Source: Clostridia bacterium
Lineage (GTDB): Bacteria > Bacillota > Clostridia > Oscillospirales > CAG-272
Direction of reading: 5' to 3'
Length of the DNA: 64,000 nt
Assembly: GCA_017456905.1 (NCBI GenBank)
Contig: JAFTIL010000017.1
Location: 18,313-82,312, forward strand
Shown here: piece after piece, positions 20,341 through 30,525 of the stretch
Position numbering within the stretch: position 1 is the first letter of the stretch
How the letters are laid out: the number at the start of each line of letters is the position of its first letter
Notes under the pieces: model-generated
The model's input: the letters and a program-made list of their open reading frames with translations, nothing else
What the model was told of the DNA's origin: nothing
The model's database searches: none
Position numbers and translations under genes: made by a program

Positions 20341-20763
20341 ATGAAAATGCCCGGAACCAGAAAACTCGGCAGACCTACCGACCAGAGAAAAGCAATGCTC
20401 CGCGGTATGGTTACTCTGCTTCTTGAGAACGGCCAGGTCATCACTACTGTGACCAGAGCTAAGGAAGTCCGTTCCATCGCAGAGAAGATGATCACCCTTG
20501 GTAAGGAGAACACCCTGGCAAGCTATCGTCAGGCTCTCGCTTACATCACCAAGGAGAGCGTTGCTAAGAAGGTGTTCACCGATTACGCTTCCCTTTACGC
20601 AGATCGTAAGGGCGGCTACACCCAGATGTATAGACTGGGCGCTCGCAGAGGCGACGGTGCAGAGACCGCTGTCATTAAGATGGTGGACTATGTAAAGGCC
20701 GCTCCTGTAGAGGAGAACAGCAAGAAGGCAGCCAAGAAGGCTGACAAGGCAGACGCTGAGTAA
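20341..20763 (+). CDS. rplQ: 50S ribosomal protein L17
   Basis: RKLGR, TTVTRAKE, RRGDGAE; short Ala/Lys tail. Confidence 0.97.
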   Translation: MKMPGTRKLGRPTDQRKAMLRGMVTLLLENGQVITTVTRAKEVRSIAEKMITLGKENTLASYRQALAYITKESVAKKVFTDYASLYADRKGGYTQMYRLGARRGDGAETAVIKMVDYVKAAPVEENSKKAAKKADKADAE

Positions 20764-20775
20764 TTGATCAGATCC

Positions 20776-20808
20776 AGCCCTCCTCCGAGGATTTCGGGGG
20801 AGGGCTTT
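20776..20808 (+). terminator. intrinsic terminator ending the alpha operon
   Basis: AGCCCTCCTCCGA/TCGGGGGAGGGCT hairpin with short T tail. Confidence 0.65.
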
Positions 20809-20912
20809 GGACTTTGATAAAGCAGGCGTGGTTTTAGATGAATAAAGCGTCATTTGAGAACAAAATATTTCGTTCAAGTGGCGGTTTATGGATTTAAAAC
20901 ACGGGAGGCAAT

Positions 20913-21869
20913 ATGATGTATATCACACAACAATTTGACGTAAAGCCTGTTACCGACTTTTATAATCGCATGAGAAACACCTCGAAAGACGGACTTTGCC
21001 TGCGCCCCATCACCGAGGAGACCGCCGCTTGGTGGTTTTTTGGCAGGGATCGCGTCAGCTTTGCCGCCGTGGACGAGAATGAAATGGTTGGCTTTGTTTC
21101 GGGTGTTTATCTACCCGAACGAAAGACGGGCTACCTGTCCTATCTTTGTATTGCACCCGAGCATCGTGGTCAGGGAATTGCCCGAAATTTGATGGATAGA
21201 GCGGAGGAAGGTTTGCTTGCCTTTGACGGATGCGAAAAGCTGGATGTGGTGTTCCACAATCCCGTCAATCTCCCGTGGTACGTAGCAGAGGACGGCGGAC
21301 ATTACCATCCCTGTGTGCCGGGAGTGGACGCATCTTCAGGATTGTTTGATTTCCTTGCCCACCGTGGTTGGAATGAATTCGTCAGACAAAATGCCTATTA
21401 CCGCCCGCTGGAAGGCTATACGGATCCGCCTCAGATGGCGGAGGTTCGGGCAGGGCTTGGGGCAGCGGGGATCGAGGTGACTCTGTATAATCCCGACAAA
21501 CATCATGGTCTGGCTGAGCTGTTTGACAATATTGGCAACCCCGGTTGGAAGGCACAGGTTATGGCCAACACAGACAAGCCCATCGTGGTAGCGGTGGATC
21601 ACAACGCCAACGATCTGGTGGTAGCCTATACGGGTCCGCTGTCGGTTAGCGAAGGCCGAGGCAATTTCTGCGGTATCGGCACACGCAAAGAATATCGCGG
21701 GCGAGGCATCGGTAAAGTGGTGTTTTGTGAAATGTGCACCCGCCACGCGCAAAACGGTGGAGAATTCATGTCTCTGTATACCGGTGCGAACAACCCCGCA
21801 CGGAATATTTACGAGGCCGCCGGGTTCTACGTGGTCAGGAGCTTTGCGAATATGAGAAAAATGAAATAA
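20913..21869 (+). CDS. tandem GNAT N-acetyltransferase
   Basis: Two acetyl-CoA motifs HRGQGIA and YRGRGIG; NPARNIYEAAGF. Confidence 0.85.
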   Translation: MMYITQQFDVKPVTDFYNRMRNTSKDGLCLRPITEETAAWWFFGRDRVSFAAVDENEMVGFVSGVYLPERKTGYLSYLCIAPEHRGQGIARNLMDRAEEGLLAFDGCEKLDVVFHNPVNLPWYVAEDGGHYHPCVPGVDASSGLFDFLAHRGWNEFVRQNAYYRPLEGYTDPPQMAEVRAGLGAAGIEVTLYNPDKHHGLAELFDNIGNPGWKAQVMANTDKPIVVAVDHNANDLVVAYTGPLSVSEGRGNFCGIGTRKEYRGRGIGKVVFCEMCTRHAQNGGEFMSLYTGANNPARNIYEAAGFYVVRSFANMRKMK

Positions 21870-21877
21870 ATTATTGC

Positions 21878-22010
21878 TTGAAGGAGTACGGGCGAAGGAA
21901 ACTTTTTGAAAAAAGTTTCCCTTGGAGTCTCGTTTCGGTTCGGTCACGCCACGGCTCTGACTGCCACTGGCAGTCATTCACTACCGCGTCGTTTCTTCGC
22001 TACCCTTCAA
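21878..22010. repeat. MITE/REP-like palindromic intergenic element
   Basis: Imperfect terminal inverted repeats TTGAAGG..GCGAAGGAAAC / GTTTCTTCGC..CCTTCAA; inner hairpins GGAAACTTTT/AAAAGTTTCC and TGACTGCCA-C-TGGCAGTCA. Confidence 0.6.
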
Positions 22011-22067
22011 AAACCTTTAAAACAAATAAAATTTGCAAACAATGCTAGGAAAGGGTCAACAGAAAAA

Positions 22068-22787
22068 ATGAAACGGATTTTGATCAGCGGCGGTTCACGC
22101 GGGATTGGTCGGGGCTTAGTAGAAGCCTTTGGCCGAAACGGTGACAAGGTCGCGTTTATCTATAAAAATAACCATGAGGCCGCCGAGGAAGTAGCCAAGA
22201 CCACAGGGGCTGTAGCCATCTGTGCGGACGTATCAGATCCCAACCAGGTCCGCCGCGCCGTGAAGGAAGCAGAGCAGGCCTTGGGTGGCTCTGTTGAAAT
22301 GCTTATCAACAATGCGGGTATCTCTCTCATTTCGGTCATGCAGGACGTGACCGACGCACAATGGCGCGAGATATTGGACACCAATCTGTCGGGGGCGTTT
22401 TATCTTTCCCGCGAGGTGCTGTCGGGGATGATCTCGGCGAAAAAGGGACGAATCATCCACATCGGTTCCATGTGGGGGAAGGTAGGCGCTTCGTGCGAGG
22501 TAGCATATTCTGCGGCAAAGGCGGGCTTGCGGGGCTTGACTTTGTCCATGGCGAAGGAACTGGCACCTTCGGGAATTACGGTCAACTGTGTGGAGCCTGG
22601 GGTCATTGATACCGCCATGAACGCCAAGCTGGGCAAAGAGACCCTCGCAGCCCTTGTGGACGAAACCCCTGTGGGTCGTCTCGGAACCCCTGAGGACGTC
22701 AGTGCGGCTGTCTTGTTCCTGGCTTCCGATGCAGCTTCCTTCATCACGGGCCAATTCCTCACCGTGGATGGCGGATTTGCATTGTAA
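22068..22787 (+). CDS. SDR oxidoreductase, FabG/YmfI-like
   Basis: SGGSRGIG, NNAG, YSAAK; SMWGKVGASCEVAYS resembles the YmfI subfamily. Confidence 0.85.
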   Translation: MKRILISGGSRGIGRGLVEAFGRNGDKVAFIYKNNHEAAEEVAKTTGAVAICADVSDPNQVRRAVKEAEQALGGSVEMLINNAGISLISVMQDVTDAQWREILDTNLSGAFYLSREVLSGMISAKKGRIIHIGSMWGKVGASCEVAYSAAKAGLRGLTLSMAKELAPSGITVNCVEPGVIDTAMNAKLGKETLAALVDETPVGRLGTPEDVSAAVLFLASDAASFITGQFLTVDGGFAL

Positions 22788-23234
22788 AAGAAAAACGTAT
22801 GGACACGGTCAAGTTTGACAAAGTGAACAACCCCGTGAAAATGGTGGAACGTCAAGGTCTTTATGGTCCGGAGACAGGCAACACCTGTGCGGGCTTTGTG
22901 TCGGCAGAAAACCGCTCCTGCAGGGGCGAATGTGATGTGCACGTCACGGGTGACAGTCAGCTTGCGGTCATTCACCATGACAATCCCATGAGTATCAGTG
23001 GCGAAAACTTCCAATCTTAAAAAAATAAAAATTTTTTCTGTTTGGTGTAAGATTTGCCATAAAAAAGGTGTCTATATATATGAGGGGCTTTTATCCAATG
23101 GCGTTTAGCTCTTGGTTTTTCGACATTTATCCCAAAATCGCACCAATTATCCCAATTTTTCTTCAAGGCGGCTATTTTGTGGTATGATATGATCAAATCA
23201 AGAGTCACGATTATATTTCAAGGAGGATCTTCAT

Positions 23235-24668
23235 ATGAAACAAACCATTAAGAGAATGCTTTGCGGTCTGCTGATTGCCACTCTTGTACTCCCTATTGCC
23301 ATAAGTTTAACTTCCTGCTCGGATACCCTTCGTTTAAATACTTTGAAGGAACCAGAACGCGCGGTGGAGTTTGTGAACATCCTGAACAAGCGTATGGAGA
23401 GCCAGAATTCTTATGTTGCCGAAATGGAGGCGAATATTGTCATGGAACTCTATCGCACGGAGATCTCCATGACTGCTACAGGTACTGAGATCGTCTATGG
23501 ACAGGGATCGAGTGACTATTTCACCCAAACCGAGACTCATCAGGTCATGACGGTGAACGGTTCCAAGACCGAAATGACCACTATAGAGGGCTTTGCTGAC
23601 GGGAAAATGTTCTATTATTCCGCAGGAAACGGTGTGAGGACCGTCAAGCTTTGGTCGGCGCTGTCTTGTGACGATTACGTGGCTTTTGATAAGACTTATA
23701 ACACGACTGACGGCTTGGACGATGACATCATGGCCTCTGAAGCCGCTACCCGCACGTGTATACAGAACGACGATAAGACCTGGACTGCTACCTATACGGA
23801 TTACACAGCGGAGGGACTCAAGGCCTTTGAAAGTATCATGAGCGGTTTGGATTCTTACATGAAAGACGTCCGCATGGCAGACGTGATGGTGACGGTGACG
23901 GCAAGTGCGGATCTGCTTCCGTCGTCTATGGAGATGGAATTTGTCTTTGAGCCTGTGGAAGAGGGCGATGACGTGGAGCTTCCCACCATGAGCGCCAAGG
24001 CCGTTTATAAGGACATCGGTACCACCGAGGCCGTTGAAGTGGATTTGACCAACTACGACGAGGTCGTTGACCTGCGAGTGGTTACCATTGTGGAAAAGTC
24101 TCTTCAGGACTTCCTCAATGCGGACACAGCGGAATTCAAGGTCGTGACGACACAGAACGTCAAAGTTTCCGGACAAACGAGCAACAGCACTGAGACCGAC
24201 GAGGGTAGCTTTGAAATGGGTGAGAGTGGCTATACCTTTGATATTGATGCCCGCGTTGGTTTTACAAAATATGACATTACTTACAAGGACGAGGTCTATC
24301 GCATTATGAAGGGTGACCAAAAGCAGTCCCAAAAGTATTGGACCGAAGCTGAGGCCAGGGCTTATATCAAGGGCCTTCTGGATCCCTCCTCGTTCTCTGA
24401 TTCCATCGTGCGAAATATTGAAAAGGACGAGGAGGCTTCGACGGACGGTAAGGCGGTATACCTGATCAAGATAAAGACCCCGGATCTGACCCAGTACGAA
24501 AGTGCGCTGGGTGGAGTGAATCTGTCGGGTGTGGCGACGATGAAGGTAACCATTGAGGATGGCCGCATGACCGAACAATACTACGAGCTCAGTATGTCCG
24601 CAGGGAACCAGTATAAGATCGTGGTCACCGCCACCTGTACCTATATCAGTTACACCGAAACCGATTGA
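23235..24668 (+). CDS. lipoprotein of unknown function (paralog 1)
   Basis: Signal peptide with LTSC lipobox; AAGGAGG RBS; homologous to the next gene. Confidence 0.8.
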   Translation: MKQTIKRMLCGLLIATLVLPIAISLTSCSDTLRLNTLKEPERAVEFVNILNKRMESQNSYVAEMEANIVMELYRTEISMTATGTEIVYGQGSSDYFTQTETHQVMTVNGSKTEMTTIEGFADGKMFYYSAGNGVRTVKLWSALSCDDYVAFDKTYNTTDGLDDDIMASEAATRTCIQNDDKTWTATYTDYTAEGLKAFESIMSGLDSYMKDVRMADVMVTVTASADLLPSSMEMEFVFEPVEEGDDVELPTMSAKAVYKDIGTTEAVEVDLTNYDEVVDLRVVTIVEKSLQDFLNADTAEFKVVTTQNVKVSGQTSNSTETDEGSFEMGESGYTFDIDARVGFTKYDITYKDEVYRIMKGDQKQSQKYWTEAEARAYIKGLLDPSSFSDSIVRNIEKDEEASTDGKAVYLIKIKTPDLTQYESALGGVNLSGVATMKVTIEDGRMTEQYYELSMSAGNQYKIVVTATCTYISYTETD

Positions 24669-24682
24669 AAGGAGTATCACTC

Positions 24683-26155
24683 ATGAAAAAACTGATGAAA
24701 AGAGCCATCAGCGGACTTCTTGTCGCCGTGCTCATTCTGCCCCTTGCGCTGGGGCTGACCTCGTGTTCTGAGGGTTTCCGTCTCAACTGCATGGATGAGC
24801 ATGAGCGCGCGGCGGAGTTTATGAACGTGCTGAATATGAACATGGGCCAACAAGATAGTTATACCGCGGTAACAGAAAACGAGTTGCTTTTTGAAACCTA
24901 CGGCGTAGAAATGAGTATCAAGGGAACGATGACCTCCCTCGTCGTGTACGGTGAAAATCCCGAAGACTATTTTATCCACGAGGAGACTCACAGTGTCATG
25001 ACCATGGGAGACGAGTCCGAAGAAATGACGATCATCGAGGGTTTTGCCGACGGTAAAATGTTTTCTTTCTACGACACGGACAAGCAGAAGGCCATCAAGC
25101 TGTGGTCGCCCCTGACCGCAGAAGATCACGTCGCTCACGAGAGGGAGATCAGTGGCGTGGAAAGCGTGGACGATAACGATATGGTGGAAACGGCCGCTAC
25201 CCGTACCTGTGTACAGAACGAGGATAAGACCTGGACGGCCACGTATACCGATTACTCCGAAAAAGGTTTGGATTATTTCAGAGGTAATTTGGGCGGTGTG
25301 GAGACCATGCTGTCCTATGCGACTTTGACCGACGTGGTTCTGACCATGCACGCGACCGAGGATCTTTATCCGACCACCATGGAAATGACCTTCGAGTTTG
25401 AACTTTCCAAGGATGCCGAGGCAGGAGCTGAGCTCCCCACCTTCGTTGCCAAAGTGACCTATCAGGATATTGGCACCACGAAAGCCATTGAAATGGACTT
25501 CACGGGATACAAGGAGGTGGCGGATCTTCGGGTCGGTGCCATCATGGAAAAATCCTTGCTGGATTTCATAGACGCAGATCAAGCTGAATTCAAGGTGAAC
25601 GTGTCCCAAAGAGCAACCTACAACGGAAAGACCGAAGGATATGCTGAAAGCAACGAGGGGCGCTTTGAAGTGACTTCTCAGGGGTATACCTTTGATATTC
25701 AATCCGAAATCGGAGACGAGAAATATACCCTGCGTTACCGTGACGGTGTCCGTCGTGTTATGGACGAAAAGGGCAAGGAAATGGGGCAGGATGAGTTCAC
25801 GGATGCTGAGGCCGAAGCATTTATCAGATCCCTTCTGGATCCTGCCTCCTTCAGCAGCACCATGGTGATGGATATGGAAAAGGACGAGATCCTCAGCAAA
25901 AACGGAAAATCCGTTTATCATCTGACGCTGCAGACGCCCGATCTGACTGAGTATGAGGATATGCTGGGGGGGATCCGTTTGTCGGGCGAATGTAAAGCCA
26001 AGGTCACCATCGAGAATGGAAGAATGACCCAGCAGACCGTGACCCTAACCATGACCAGTCGCGAAGGCCTGGAATTTGTGGTGACGCATAAGTGCTATTA
26101 TAATAGCTTTTCAAATGCCCAAGGCAACGCCGGCGACGTGGCGTCCGATATGTAA
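24683..26155 (+). CDS. lipoprotein of unknown function (paralog 2)
   Basis: LTSC lipobox; shares IEGFADGKMF, AATRTC.QN.DKTWTATYTDY and LLDP.SFS with paralog 1. Confidence 0.8.
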   Translation: MKKLMKRAISGLLVAVLILPLALGLTSCSEGFRLNCMDEHERAAEFMNVLNMNMGQQDSYTAVTENELLFETYGVEMSIKGTMTSLVVYGENPEDYFIHEETHSVMTMGDESEEMTIIEGFADGKMFSFYDTDKQKAIKLWSPLTAEDHVAHEREISGVESVDDNDMVETAATRTCVQNEDKTWTATYTDYSEKGLDYFRGNLGGVETMLSYATLTDVVLTMHATEDLYPTTMEMTFEFELSKDAEAGAELPTFVAKVTYQDIGTTKAIEMDFTGYKEVADLRVGAIMEKSLLDFIDADQAEFKVNVSQRATYNGKTEGYAESNEGRFEVTSQGYTFDIQSEIGDEKYTLRYRDGVRRVMDEKGKEMGQDEFTDAEAEAFIRSLLDPASFSSTMVMDMEKDEILSKNGKSVYHLTLQTPDLTEYEDMLGGIRLSGECKAKVTIENGRMTQQTVTLTMTSREGLEFVVTHKCYYNSFSNAQGNAGDVASDM

Positions 26156-26176
26156 AAAATTATCAAATGATATAGA

Positions 26177-26211
26177 AACGGCACTTCCTTCATTCGAAGG
26201 AAGTGCCGTTG
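26177..26211. terminator. hairpin terminator between convergent genes
   Basis: AACGGCACTTCCTTC/GAAGGAAGTGCCGTT perfect stem. Confidence 0.75.
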
Positions 26212-26215
26212 TGAT

Positions 26216-28705
26216 TTATTTGAGGATCTCCACACCCTTGGGGATCTCCATGTCCTCGTAAGCGGGGCATTTGTTGAAGGAGTCGTCGTACATGGATTTC
26301 AGCGTGGTCGGGAGATTTACCTCCACCAGCTTGGTGCAGTACGAAAATGCACTGTCCCCGATGGCCTCACAGCCTTCGGGAAGGGTGATGACATAAAGAT
26401 TGGTGCAACCGTAAAAGGCATATTCACCTACCGCCTTAAAGGGACGGTCGAAGGCGAGGATATTTTGACCGTTACCCCAGACGAGGGTCTCGGTCATAGC
26501 GTCCACAAGAGAGCCGCTGGAGAGATAGAAGTGCGGATTGTCCTCCGATAGGGTAACGGTCTCAATGGTCTTCGGCAGAGAATTGTGGCAGACTTCTGCA
26601 AGCCCGCTGCCGATGTGAAGCTTTTGGATGCTTGAGAAGGTGACCTGACCCAGCGTGACAAGGCTGTTGGGGAAAATAACCTCGTTCAGCTTTTTGCAGT
26701 CGAAAAACGCGCCGTATTCAATGGTTTGCAGACCTTCTTTGAAGATCACATTGTGCAGGGTGTTACAGCCGTCGAAGCACGAAACGGGAATGGTCTTTAT
26801 TTTACTGCTGAACTCCACAGTCTCCAGAGATGTGCAGCCCGAAAAGGCGGAGTTTCCCAGAATTGACACGGCTTCGGGCATAACGACCGTCGTGATCTTG
26901 GCGCATCCCTCAAAGGCAGATTCTGCGATGGTTTTCAGTTGCGTAGCGGTTTCATCCCATGGTACAGCTTGCAGGTTACGGCAGGAGAGGAAGGCCTTGG
27001 CGGACACCCCCTTGAGGGAGGGCATGGGTTCTACCGTCAAAAGCCCTGTGCAACCGCTGAAAGCGCTGGCTCCGATCCACTCGATGCCGGCACCGCCATA
27101 GACACGGGTCAGCTTGGTGCATTCCGAAAACGCACCTTCACCGATGCTCGTCAGGGCTGCAGGCAGAGTCAGCTCACAGAGATTCGTGTTGTTGGCAAAG
27201 GCATTTTTTTCAATGCGAACGACGGAATCGGGAATGACTAAAGTCTGCTGTGTATAACAGCCTGCAAAGGCACTCTCGCCAATCTCCAAAAGTGTGCCGT
27301 CGGTGGGAAGGACGGTGTTCTTGTTAGCCAGGATGATCTTCGTGCCTTCTTTGTTGTAAAACGTGCCGTCCTCGCGGAGAGAGAAATAGGGATTTTCTTC
27401 ATCAAGAGTGATGGTCACACCCGTGGGCAGATTGGCTAAGGTTTGTGCCTTTTTGCCGAGATGAAGGGTCTTGAGCTTTTTGCAACCGTTGAAGGCAAAC
27501 TTGTCAATGGAGGTGACACCTTCAAGGTTGATGGTCACCAAATTCTTGCAGTTCCAAAATGCGTAATGGAGCACCTTGCCGCCTGTGACGGTGACTTCTT
27601 TGAGGGAAGGCGGGACGGTAGTTTCATTTTGATCGTGATAATGTGCGCCGAAAATGGTACCCAAATGCCCGTCGTCGTTTTCGTTGATGGCATATCCCAA
27701 GAAGGGAATTGTCAGCTTTTCAAGGTTATCCCAGCCGGAGAAGGCGCTTCCGCCGATCTCTTTGATGCAGTCGGGAATCACCAGCTCTTTGTAAAGATCC
27801 AATCCCGAAAAGGCACCCCGTCCGATGGCGGTGATCGAGCCGTCATTTGGGATGACTGCCCCTGCGCCGGCCGCTACGATCTTTTTGTTTGCTTTATTGA
27901 TCAGGCAGTTGTTTTCTACGTAGAAGAAAGGATTATTCTCATCAATGATGATGTTTTTGAGGGATATGCAACCGTTGAAGGCAAAGGCTTCCACCTCCTT
28001 CAATTCGGCGGGGAGATAAACGGTTTCCAGATAGTCGCAACTACCGAAAATGCCCTCGAACAGCTTGGTTGTACCGGAGGAAAGATAAAGGGTGGTCAGG
28101 TTTTTCTTGCTTTCCTCATCCAGTAGCCAGCCAAAGTTCCGATCCAGATAGCTGTTGGCGACAAGAGAATTGAGGGACAGGCGGAGGGTTTTCAGGTTGG
28201 GACAGCCTCCGATTGCAGAGTTCGAGACGTAGATCGAGTCGGGGATGGTCAGGTCGGTCAGGGTATCGGAATCCTTGATGGCACCGCTTCTGATCCATTT
28301 GACAGGGGCGCCGTTATAGGTATCGGGGATGGTCAGCACTGCGGGCAATGTACCTTGGGTGCCGTAAATCTCATATGATACCCCGGAGGCGAGGGACTCT
28401 TGCTTAGAAAACAGAAAGAGTGCGGTGGTGTCAGACCCGCAAAGGGTACAGAGACCGTCTTCAAAGACATGATCACAGATCGTGACCTCGGAAGTTTCCG
28501 TCTCGTCGTTGTCTTCCGTAGGTGTTTCGTCTGTGACGTCATCGGGGGCATCAGTAGGGGGGACACTCTCGTCTTGTGTGACTGTGCCCGAATCTTGGGA
28601 GTCGGTAGCGGATGGATTTTTTACTGAATCGTCTCTGTCACAGGAGACAGCAAACATCAGCAGAAGCGAACTGAGGACAACGGTTATCAAAATTTTGATT
28701 TTCAT
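26216..28705 (-). CDS. BspA/TpLRR (LRR_5) leucine-rich repeat lipoprotein
   Basis: AVSC lipobox, Asp/Thr-rich linker, many IG..AF.GC..L repeats. Confidence 0.9.
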   Translation of the reverse strand: MKIKILITVVLSSLLLMFAVSCDRDDSVKNPSATDSQDSGTVTQDESVPPTDAPDDVTDETPTEDNDETETSEVTICDHVFEDGLCTLCGSDTTALFLFSKQESLASGVSYEIYGTQGTLPAVLTIPDTYNGAPVKWIRSGAIKDSDTLTDLTIPDSIYVSNSAIGGCPNLKTLRLSLNSLVANSYLDRNFGWLLDEESKKNLTTLYLSSGTTKLFEGIFGSCDYLETVYLPAELKEVEAFAFNGCISLKNIIIDENNPFFYVENNCLINKANKKIVAAGAGAVIPNDGSITAIGRGAFSGLDLYKELVIPDCIKEIGGSAFSGWDNLEKLTIPFLGYAINENDDGHLGTIFGAHYHDQNETTVPPSLKEVTVTGGKVLHYAFWNCKNLVTINLEGVTSIDKFAFNGCKKLKTLHLGKKAQTLANLPTGVTITLDEENPYFSLREDGTFYNKEGTKIILANKNTVLPTDGTLLEIGESAFAGCYTQQTLVIPDSVVRIEKNAFANNTNLCELTLPAALTSIGEGAFSECTKLTRVYGGAGIEWIGASAFSGCTGLLTVEPMPSLKGVSAKAFLSCRNLQAVPWDETATQLKTIAESAFEGCAKITTVVMPEAVSILGNSAFSGCTSLETVEFSSKIKTIPVSCFDGCNTLHNVIFKEGLQTIEYGAFFDCKKLNEVIFPNSLVTLGQVTFSSIQKLHIGSGLAEVCHNSLPKTIETVTLSEDNPHFYLSSGSLVDAMTETLVWGNGQNILAFDRPFKAVGEYAFYGCTNLYVITLPEGCEAIGDSAFSYCTKLVEVNLPTTLKSMYDDSFNKCPAYEDMEIPKGVEILK

Positions 28706-28850
28706 ATGGCTTGTTTCCTTTCTTTGGGGGTATGGTCTGTGCTTATCTTTACAGACGATACCTCGGAGGAAATCTTACAATTTTTTTGAAAAAAGTTGAA
28801 AAATTTTTGCCCTTTCCCGAACAAACGTGGGAAAGGGCGGTGACGGGGGA

Positions 28851-30029
28851 TCATCCCCGTAATTTTTTCGTAAAGGTCTCCATACGTTCCAAAGCTTGGT
28901 TGATGTGTTTGATGGAGTAGGCGTAGGAAATACGGGCGAAGCCCTCACCGCCGGCGCCAAAGGCGGTGCCGGGGACGATGGCGCATTTATGTTCGTAGAG
29001 CAGGCGCTCGCAAAATTCCTCGCTGGAAAGTCCGAATTTGCCGATCTCGGGATAGATATAGAAGGCACCCTCGGGCTCAAAGGAATCAATGCCAATGCTT
29101 TTGAGACCGTTGTAAATATGATGACGGCGGCGGTCGTACTCGGCGGTCATCATGGCCACGTCCTCATCGCCGTTCTTCAGTGCCTCAATGGCGGCGAGCT
29201 GGGCGGTGGTGGGGGCGCACATGATGGCGTACTGGTGGATCTTAAGCATCTGCTTTGCCAGAGGTGCGGGAGCGCAGAGATAACCCAGACGCCAGCCGGT
29301 CATAGCGTAGGCCTTGGAAAATCCGCTGGCGATGATGGTGCGCTCCCTCATCCCCGGCAGGGAGGCGATGGACACGTGGCGCTTGCCGTAGGTCAGCTCG
29401 CCGTAGATCTCGTCGGACAGGACGATGATCTGCTTTTCTCGCAGAATTTGCGCAATCTTTTTCAGATCTTCGGCGTCCATGATGGCGCCTGTGGGATTGT
29501 TGGGATAGGCCAACACCAGCATTTTTGTCTTTTCAGTGATGGCGGCTTCCAAAAGCTCGGGGGTCAGCTTGAATTTATCCTCGTTTCTTGTTTCCACAAT
29601 GACAGGAACGCCGCCTGCCATGCGGGCCAGGGGCTCATAGCAAACGAAGCAGGGTGTGGGGATGATGACCTCGTCTCCGGGGGCCAAAAGGGTACGCATG
29701 GCGATGTCAATGGCCTCGGAGCCGCCCACGGTGACGATGACCTCGCGGAGAGGGTCATAGGACAACCCAAAACGGCGGGTCATGTAGGCGTCGATCTCTT
29801 TGCGAAGCTCTAAGGTGCCTGCGTTGGAGGTATAGTAGGTCTTGCCTTTTTCCAGACTTTCAATGCCTGCCTCGCGGATGTGCCAGGGCGTCACGAAGTC
29901 AGGCTGACCCACCGTGAGACCGATGACGTCGTGCATGGTCTCCAGTATATCAAAGAATTTGCGTATGCCCGAGGGTGGCATATCCACCACGTGGCGAGGC
30001 AGTACGCGGTCGTAGTCTATCTGTGCCAT
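28851..30029 (-). CDS. PLP-dependent class I/II aminotransferase (YugH/AlaT-like)
   Basis: YPNNPTG, SDEIY, SKAYAMTGWRLG. Confidence 0.93.
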   Translation of the reverse strand: MAQIDYDRVLPRHVVDMPPSGIRKFFDILETMHDVIGLTVGQPDFVTPWHIREAGIESLEKGKTYYTSNAGTLELRKEIDAYMTRRFGLSYDPLREVIVTVGGSEAIDIAMRTLLAPGDEVIIPTPCFVCYEPLARMAGGVPVIVETRNEDKFKLTPELLEAAITEKTKMLVLAYPNNPTGAIMDAEDLKKIAQILREKQIIVLSDEIYGELTYGKRHVSIASLPGMRERTIIASGFSKAYAMTGWRLGYLCAPAPLAKQMLKIHQYAIMCAPTTAQLAAIEALKNGDEDVAMMTAEYDRRRHHIYNGLKSIGIDSFEPEGAFYIYPEIGKFGLSSEEFCERLLYEHKCAIVPGTAFGAGGEGFARISYAYSIKHINQALERMETFTKKLRG

Positions 30030-30505
30030 CAGTTACAGTTTCCTCTCTCGTCGATCTCTTCAGCACCGTAGATGACACCCTTGTCTTTATATTTACGCAG
30101 AACGAAATGGGTGGCGGTGGAAATAACGGCATCAATGGGTGCCAGCTTTTGTGCCACGAAGTAGGCAACCTCCTTCATGGTGCGGCCCTCTATGAGCAGG
30201 CACAGGTCAAAACCGCCCGACATGAGGTAAACGCTCTGCACCTCGGGGTAGTTGTAGATCTTTTCGGCGATGCGGTCAAAGCCTCGGTCGCGTTGAGGGG
30301 TCATTTTGACCTCGATCATAGCGGTGACATACTCGCGGTCGGTCTTGTCCCAGTCCACGAGGGTCTTGTAGCCTACGATCACACCTTCGGATTCGTATTT
30401 TTGAATGAGCGCACGGATGTCACCCTCTTCCTTGTTCATCATGACCGCCAGCTCGGCGGGAGTCAGGGTGGCGTTATCTTCCAAAATTTTCAACAGCTTA
30501 TCCAT
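30029..30505 (-). CDS. Lrp/AsnC regulator (YugG/AlaR-like)
   Basis: N-terminal HTH, YLMSGGFDL, TATHFVLRKYK; paired with the aminotransferase. Confidence 0.9.
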   Translation of the reverse strand: MDKLLKILEDNATLTPAELAVMMNKEEGDIRALIQKYESEGVIVGYKTLVDWDKTDREYVTAMIEVKMTPQRDRGFDRIAEKIYNYPEVQSVYLMSGGFDLCLLIEGRTMKEVAYFVAQKLAPIDAVISTATHFVLRKYKDKGVIYGAEEIDERGNCN

Positions 30506-30525
30506 ATTTGGTTCCTCTACTTTTC

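Noticed and set aside
4262-20877. Many long minus-strand ORFs across the ribosomal cluster (e.g. 6053-7417, 9056-10414, 19247-20341)
   Set aside because: Antisense shadows of highly codon-biased genes; no RBS or protein motifs
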